Of a DNA stretch of 30,872 nt, positions 25,753 through 30,872 are shown piece after piece (position 1 is the first letter of the stretch; every line of letters begins with the position of its first letter). The notes beneath the pieces are model-generated. The model did no database searches. It saw only the letters and a program-made list of their open reading frames with translations, and was not told where the DNA came from. The position numbers were made by a program, and so were the translations under genes. The DNA is taken from NCBI GenBank assembly GCA_050253335.1, contig JBFWJG010000032.1, positions 1 to 30,872 on the forward strand, read 5' to 3'. The DNA is from Deferribacterales bacterium. Lineage in GTDB: Bacteria > Chrysiogenota > Deferribacteres > Deferribacterales > Geovibrionaceae.

Positions 25753-26496
25753 ATGCTTAAAGATAAAATCGCGCTTATAACAGGAGCATCCAGAGGCATA
25801 GGCAGAGACATAGCTATTGCGTTTGCCGCTCAGGGTGCATATGTTGCTGTCAACTACTCCTCCAGCCCCGCAAAGGCGGAAGAGGTCGTGAAGGCGATAA
25901 CTAACGCGGGCGGCCGTGCTTTTGCCGTTAAGGCGAATGTTGCGGACGAGGAAGAGGTTAAGGCGATGTTTGACAAGGTGGAGGAAGTAACAGGCTCCAC
26001 GGTTGACATACTTATAAATAACGCGGGCATAACTAAAGACGGCCTTCTCATGAGGATGAAAACCGAAGACTGGCAGACAGTTATGGACGTTAACCTTAAA
26101 AGTGCTTTCCTCTGCACACGTTTTGCAGTAAAAGGCATGATGAAAAAGCGCTACGGCAAGATAATAAACGTATCAAGCATAGTGGGCTTTATGGGCAACG
26201 CCGGTCAGGCGAACTATGTGGCGAGCAAGGCAGGGCTTATCGGCCTCACCAAAACCGCCGCTCTGGAGTTTGCCTCCAGAGGCATAAGAGTAAACGCGAT
26301 AGCGCCCGGATTCATAACGACTGATATGACCGACGGACTCAGCGAAGAGATTCAGCAGAAGATGATCTCCATGATCCCTCTGGCCGCTTTCGGCTCAGGG
26401 AAGGATGTGGCGGATACGGCATTGTTTCTCGCTGGTTCCGGCTCGGACTATATAACAGGACAGACCATTCATGTTAACGGCGGAATGTACATATAA
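25753..26496 (+). CDS. fabG: 3-oxoacyl-ACP reductase
   Basis: TGASRGIG, NNAGITKD, GQANYVASK, APGFI.TDMT, TGQTIHVNGGM. Confidence 0.97.
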   Translation: MLKDKIALITGASRGIGRDIAIAFAAQGAYVAVNYSSSPAKAEEVVKAITNAGGRAFAVKANVADEEEVKAMFDKVEEVTGSTVDILINNAGITKDGLLMRMKTEDWQTVMDVNLKSAFLCTRFAVKGMMKKRYGKIINVSSIVGFMGNAGQANYVASKAGLIGLTKTAALEFASRGIRVNAIAPGFITTDMTDGLSEEIQQKMISMIPLAAFGSGKDVADTALFLAGSGSDYITGQTIHVNGGMYI

Positions 26497-26538
26497 ACAC
26501 CGCCTTAAAAAAAGAAAGAAACTCCAGGAGGATTTTGA

Positions 26539-26769
26539 ATGGATATCGCAGCAAAAGTAAAAGACATTATCGTTAAACAGCTTAACGTTGACGAAGCAGA
26601 CGTGAAACCCGAAGCTTCCTTCATCGATGACCTCGATGCAGACTCTCTTGACACAGTTGAGCTCATCATGGCTTTCGAAGAAGAATTCGACCTTGAAATT
26701 CCCGATGAGGAAGCAGAGAAAATCAAAACTGTCGGCGACGCCATCAGCTACATCGAATCTGCTCAGTAA
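26539..26769 (+). CDS. acpP: Acyl carrier protein
   Basis: [27 protein letters not shown]. Confidence 0.98.
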   Translation: MDIAAKVKDIIVKQLNVDEADVKPEASFIDDLDADSLDTVELIMAFEEEFDLEIPDEEAEKIKTVGDAISYIESAQ

Positions 26770-26783
26770 TTAAGCAAGAATAC

Positions 26784-26820
26784 GCACTTCCCGCAGAATC
26801 AAAGCTGCGGGCAGTGTTTC
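26784..26820 (+). terminator. Hairpin after acpP; partial terminator or mRNA stabiliser
   Basis: GCACT-T-CCCGCAG...CTGCGGG-C-AGTGT with a short T run. Confidence 0.5.
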
Positions 26821-26865
26821 CACACAACACAAAAAAACAAGAGTAACCACATACAGGAGGAACCT

Positions 26866-28104
26866 GTGAAAAGAAGGGTTGTTATCACCGGAATCGGTCT
26901 TGTGACACCGGTAGGAGTCGGAAACGACGAAAACTGGACAAACCTCATAGCCGGTAAAAGCGGAATCGGGTATATCACCAAGTTTGATACTTCCGAATTT
27001 CCGGTCAAAATTGCCGGTGAAGTAAAAGACTTCAATCCCGAAGAGCTTGTCGATAAAAAAGATATCAAAAGATATGACGAGTTCATAGTTTTCGCACTTG
27101 CCGCAGCAGAAATAGCGTTCAGGGATTCAGGCATGAACCTTGAAACCATCGATAAAGAACGCTTCGGCGTTATCATAGGTTCCGGCATCGGCGGCTTCAA
27201 ATCAACAGAAGACACAAAAGCGGCTTACATAGCGGGCGGAATCAAAAAGATCTCCCCCTTCTTCATCCCCGCTTCCATCATAAACATGGGCAGCGGAGCC
27301 GTTTCCATACGCTACGGACTTAAAGGCCCCAACCTTAGCATAGTCACCGCATGCGCCACGGGAACACACGCCATAGGCGACGCGTTTAAAATCATTGCGC
27401 GCGGCGACGCTGACTGCATGGTGGCCGGCGGAGCGGAAGCGTCCATAACCGAACTCGCGGTGGGCGGCTTCTCCAACATGAAAGCCCTCGCTAAAAGGAA
27501 CGAGGAACCCGAAAAAGCCAGCAGACCCTTTGACAAAGACAGAAACGGCTTTGTAATGGGCGAAGGCTCCGGCATACTCATACTCGAAGAGCTTGAACAC
27601 GCGAAAGCCCGCGGCGCGAAAATCTACGCCGAAGTTGTCGGCTACGGCCTCACAGGGGACGCATACCACATGACAGCCCCCGACGAATCCGGTGACGGCG
27701 CAATGAGAACAATGAGAATGGCAATCAAGGATGCGGGCATCAGCCCCGAAGAAGTGGACTACATCAACGCCCACGGAACATCCACTCCATATAACGACGC
27801 CATCGAAACAAGGGCAATCAAAGGAGTTTTCGGCGAACATGCGGCAAAACTCAAAGTGAGCTCCACAAAATCGATGACAGGTCATCTCCTCGGTGCTGCA
27901 GGAAGCGTTGAGGGAGCGATCCTTGCCCTTTCCATCAAAAACGGCATGGTTCCCCCCACAATCAACCTCGACACGCCCGACCCCGACTGCGACCTTGACT
28001 ACGTACCCAACAAGGCCGAAAAACTCGACATACGCTACGGCCTCAGCAACTCTTTCGGCTTCGGAGGCACAAACGCAACCATTCTGCTGAAAAAGTATGA
28101 GTAG
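26866..28104 (+). CDS. fabF: 3-oxoacyl-ACP synthase II
   Basis: RRVVITG.G, TACATG, RPFD..R.GFVMGEG, NAHGTST, KSMTGHLLGAAG, NSFGFGGTN; GTG start. Confidence 0.97.
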   Translation: MKRRVVITGIGLVTPVGVGNDENWTNLIAGKSGIGYITKFDTSEFPVKIAGEVKDFNPEELVDKKDIKRYDEFIVFALAAAEIAFRDSGMNLETIDKERFGVIIGSGIGGFKSTEDTKAAYIAGGIKKISPFFIPASIINMGSGAVSIRYGLKGPNLSIVTACATGTHAIGDAFKIIARGDADCMVAGGAEASITELAVGGFSNMKALAKRNEEPEKASRPFDKDRNGFVMGEGSGILILEELEHAKARGAKIYAEVVGYGLTGDAYHMTAPDESGDGAMRTMRMAIKDAGISPEEVDYINAHGTSTPYNDAIETRAIKGVFGEHAAKLKVSSTKSMTGHLLGAAGSVEGAILALSIKNGMVPPTINLDTPDPDCDLDYVPNKAEKLDIRYGLSNSFGFGGTNATILLKKYE

Positions 28105-28804
28105 CCACGGCGAACATATCAAATACGAAAACCTTGAGAGACTCCTGTCGTATCACTTCGCGAACAGGAGTCTCCTTCTTGAAGCTCTCACTCACCGCTC
28201 TTATTCCCATGAAAAAAGATCGAAAACCAACTACGAGCGTCTGGAATTCCTCGGCGATGCGGTTCTACAGCTTGTCATAACCGAATATCTCCTCGAAAAA
28301 TACAGGGATTACGATGAGGGAACCCTCTCAAAACTCAGGGGCTACTTCGTCAGTGAAGGCTTCCTGAGCATCATAGCCCATGAAATCGGCCTCGGCAGGT
28401 TTGTTCTCCTCGGCAAAGGGGAGAAGGCGTCAGGCGGAATGTTCAAGGATTCCCTGCTCTGCGATATATTCGAATCCCTGGTTGCGGCGATTTACCGTGA
28501 CGGCGGATATGAAGCGGCAAGACGGACGATAATCCATCTATTCGGCAAGCGCATTGACGAGGACATCTCCACAAACAGCTTCATAGACTCCAAAAGCGAG
28601 CTCCAGAAGCTCACCCAGAAGGTTTACGGTGTTCTGCCCGAATACACCGTGCTCAAAGAGGTGGGGCCGGAGCATAACAAAACCTTCGTGGTGGAGCTTA
28701 CCATTGAGGGAATCCTCCACGAAACAGGCGAAGGCAAAAGCAAAAAAAGCGCCGAAAAAGTCGCCGCCACCAAGGCACTGAACCGCCTTGCACACGTCTC
28801 ATAA
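28097..28804 (+). CDS. rnc: Ribonuclease III
   Basis: ALTHRS, ERLEFLGDAVL, D.FE...AAIY.D, dsRBD (KSELQ, GPEH, G.SKK.AE). Confidence 0.97.
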   Translation: MSSHGEHIKYENLERLLSYHFANRSLLLEALTHRSYSHEKRSKTNYERLEFLGDAVLQLVITEYLLEKYRDYDEGTLSKLRGYFVSEGFLSIIAHEIGLGRFVLLGKGEKASGGMFKDSLLCDIFESLVAAIYRDGGYEAARRTIIHLFGKRIDEDISTNSFIDSKSELQKLTQKVYGVLPEYTVLKEVGPEHNKTFVVELTIEGILHETGEGKSKKSAEKVAATKALNRLAHVS

Positions 28805-29825
28805 AAAAATCCTCCCTGTCTTCATCCCCTTTGCGGGATGCCGTAACAGGTGTGTCTACTGCAATCAGCATAAAATAACCGGAACGGGCGGCAGCGGTCT
28901 CATTGAAAACGCGTCCCGCCAGATCGAAGAATACCTCACATACTCAGATACATGGGACGAGCTTGCCTTTTACGGCGGCAGTTTTACCTGCCTTCCGGAA
29001 AAAGACAGAACATCCCTTTACTCCATGGCGCACTCAAAAGGTTTCCGCACTCTCCGTTTTTCCACAAGTCCCGACTGTGTGGGGAAAGATGTTCTGGACG
29101 AGGCGGAATCATGGGGGGTGCGCACAGTTGAGCTTGGCGTTCAGTCGCTCTCGGATGAGGTTCTGCGGCTGAATAAACGCCCCTATGACTCTGAAGAGTG
29201 CATTCAGGCGGTCAGGGCAGTTCAGGAACGGTTCATCACAGGCGTGCAGATGATGACGGGGATGTACGGCGAGACGGCAGAGGATGTTATCCGCACCGCG
29301 GACGCTCTAGCCGCCGTGAAGCCCGCATACGCCCGCATCTACCCCACGGTTGTTCTGGCGGATACCGAGCTTGCGGATTTATTTTCATCAGGCGGATACA
29401 CTCCCCCCGAACCCGCAGAGATGCTTCTCCGCACGGCGTATGCATACGCCGCCCTCACTTCCGCAGGAACAAATGTCATCCGCACAGGCCTGCAATATAC
29501 GGACAGTCTTGAAAATTCCATAAAAGGCGGATTTTACCATCCGGCGTTCGGGGATATTGTAAAAACGCTTATAATACTGATATACTTACATAATCACGGT
29601 GAAATACGCGCAGGCGGAACGGAGATACAGAAACTCTGCGGCTACAAGGCGCTTGCAAGAAAACATTTCCCTGATAAAATCATTACCGACGAAGGTTCAT
29701 CAGCGGATTTCCGTGAGATCTGCATGAAGGCAAAGGAGAATATTTTTGAGAATAACGGCAGGAACCCTGAAAGGAATGCAGCTTCATACGCCGAAGAACT
29801 CATCCGTCAGACCCACGACGGATAA
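28788..29825 (+). CDS. Radical SAM protein (Elp3/YhcC-like, no KAT domain)
   Basis: PVFIP..GCRNRCVYCNQ..ITG, AFYGGSFT, VELGVQS, RIYPT.V...T.L, YHPAFG. Confidence 0.9.
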   Translation: MHTSHKKILPVFIPFAGCRNRCVYCNQHKITGTGGSGLIENASRQIEEYLTYSDTWDELAFYGGSFTCLPEKDRTSLYSMAHSKGFRTLRFSTSPDCVGKDVLDEAESWGVRTVELGVQSLSDEVLRLNKRPYDSEECIQAVRAVQERFITGVQMMTGMYGETAEDVIRTADALAAVKPAYARIYPTVVLADTELADLFSSGGYTPPEPAEMLLRTAYAYAALTSAGTNVIRTGLQYTDSLENSIKGGFYHPAFGDIVKTLIILIYLHNHGEIRAGGTEIQKLCGYKALARKHFPDKIITDEGSSADFREICMKAKENIFENNGRNPERNAASYAEELIRQTHDG

Positions 29826-30279
29826 GGTAAGGCAGGCTGTCTTCTCTTCCCTCTTTGACGAAACCGAAGGGGCGGAAGTGCTTGATCTCTGCGCCGGGAC
29901 GGGTGCTTTCGGCTTCGAAGCCCTCAGCAGAGGCGCCGCGTCCGCAGTTCTCATTGACCTTTCAACGGACATTATCAAAAAAAACGCCCTCGCCCTCAGC
30001 CTGAACCCGCGCATAATCAAAGGCGATATCAGAAAAGAGATTCCAAGGCTTAATAAAGCCTTTGACATAATATTCATAGACCCCCCATACGGCCTTTTCG
30101 ACCCGCAGGAAATAATGAGCCTGATACACGAAAACGGCATACTGAAGCCTGATGGAACACTTATCTTTGAGGAAAGCACCCGCACTGCTTTCCCTGCGGA
30201 GCCTGAGCACTTCAAGGTTCTGAAGGAAAAGAAGTACGGTGAAACAGCAATATACTACTTAAAACGGATGCAGATATGA
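29746..30279 (+). CDS. rsmD: 16S rRNA m2G966 methyltransferase
   Basis: MRITAG..KG, RPTTDKVR, LDLCAGTG..G.EALSRGA, FIDPPY, KKYG; SD AAGGAG plus TTG. Confidence 0.94.
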   Translation: MRITAGTLKGMQLHTPKNSSVRPTTDKVRQAVFSSLFDETEGAEVLDLCAGTGAFGFEALSRGAASAVLIDLSTDIIKKNALALSLNPRIIKGDIRKEIPRLNKAFDIIFIDPPYGLFDPQEIMSLIHENGILKPDGTLIFEESTRTAFPAEPEHFKVLKEKKYGETAIYYLKRMQI

Positions 30280-30785
30280 AAAGAGCAGTTTATCCCGGAA
30301 CCTTTGACCCAATGACTATGGGGCATCTTGACATTCTCAAAAGAAGCTCCATGCTTTTCGACGAGGTCATACTCGCCGTTGCGAAAAGCGAAAAGAAAAG
30401 CACCCTCTTCTCCGTTGAGGAAAGAACGGATATGGCAAGAACCGCCACTCAGGACATCAAGAACATTCGTGTCGTCCCCTTCTCCTGCCTTCTGGTAAAT
30501 TTCATGCAGAGAATGGACAGCCAGATAGTTATCAGAGGCCTGCGCGCCGTTTCCGACTACGAATATGAGCTCCAGCTCGCCCTGATGAACCGCAAGCTCG
30601 ATCCGAAGCTGGACACAGTTTTTCTCATGCCTTCCCAGCAGTTTATATTCCTCAGCTCCAGCATGGTGCGCGAGATAGCAAGCCTCGGCGGGGATGTATC
30701 CAAGTTTGTCCCTCCCGTTGTTTATGAAAAGATGGTGAAAAAGCTCGGCTACCCGCCGGAGAACCCCTGCGAAGCTCAGAACTAA
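30276..30785 (+). CDS. coaD: Phosphopantetheine adenylyltransferase
   Basis: YPGTFDP.T.GH, IRGLRAVSD.EYE, LSSS.VRE. Confidence 0.97.
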   Translation: MKRAVYPGTFDPMTMGHLDILKRSSMLFDEVILAVAKSEKKSTLFSVEERTDMARTATQDIKNIRVVPFSCLLVNFMQRMDSQIVIRGLRAVSDYEYELQLALMNRKLDPKLDTVFLMPSQQFIFLSSSMVREIASLGGDVSKFVPPVVYEKMVKKLGYPPENPCEAQN

Positions 30786-30872
30786 GGTTTTCCGCCTGTT
30801 GTACGATTGATAAACAGTACGACTGACCCGAAAAGGACTAATTATTTGATTTTGCCGTTATTTGGTGTTAGT

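Noticed and set aside
27202..28122. 306-aa antisense ORF over fabF, and other long antisense ORFs (3078-3833, 10308-10982, 22416-23060, 24978-25613)
   Set aside because: Shadow frames of conserved genes produced by codon bias; no motifs
30786..30872. Imperfect hairpin after coaD (GTTGTAC...GTACGAC) as an ncRNA or terminator
   Set aside because: Weak stem, no U-tract, and context cut off by the window edge

Overview
Bacterial chromosomal window of moderate GC, almost all housekeeping genes. Gene order and protein style suggest a Gram-negative anaerobe, possibly Deferribacterota (Geovibrio/Denitrovibrio-like); this is inference only. Contents in order: a secreted protein made of two repeated domains and cysK (-); MOSC-MogA fusion, tmk, holB, PSP1/RicT, metG, tatD, a receiver-domain protein and uspA (+); a SAM-I riboswitch ahead of metY-metX-methyltransferase-ClC; a guanidine-II riboswitch ahead of gdx/sugE; a ParD-like/ParE-like toxin-antitoxin pair; ugd-uxs-GT2-lpxK (-); pirin; and the yceD-rpmF-plsX-fabHDG-acpP-fabF-rnc-radical SAM-rsmD-coaD cluster. 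The most unusual signal is intergenic. A dispersed repeat family (5 copies: 34-125, 9196-9286, 21280-21448, 21532-21700, 25651-25687) has hairpin stems that differ completely between loci by compensatory changes. Its loops always read A(N)GGAN, the CsrA/RsmA recognition motif, always on the strand transcribed from the gene just upstream. These elements sit next to a second REP-like family (GTCATT...AATCTC) and next to duplicated gene 3' tails that have diverged almost only at synonymous sites. Two conserved genes (tmk, uxs) appear to need non-canonical start codons, and the yceD-rpmF leader can form a pseudoknot.
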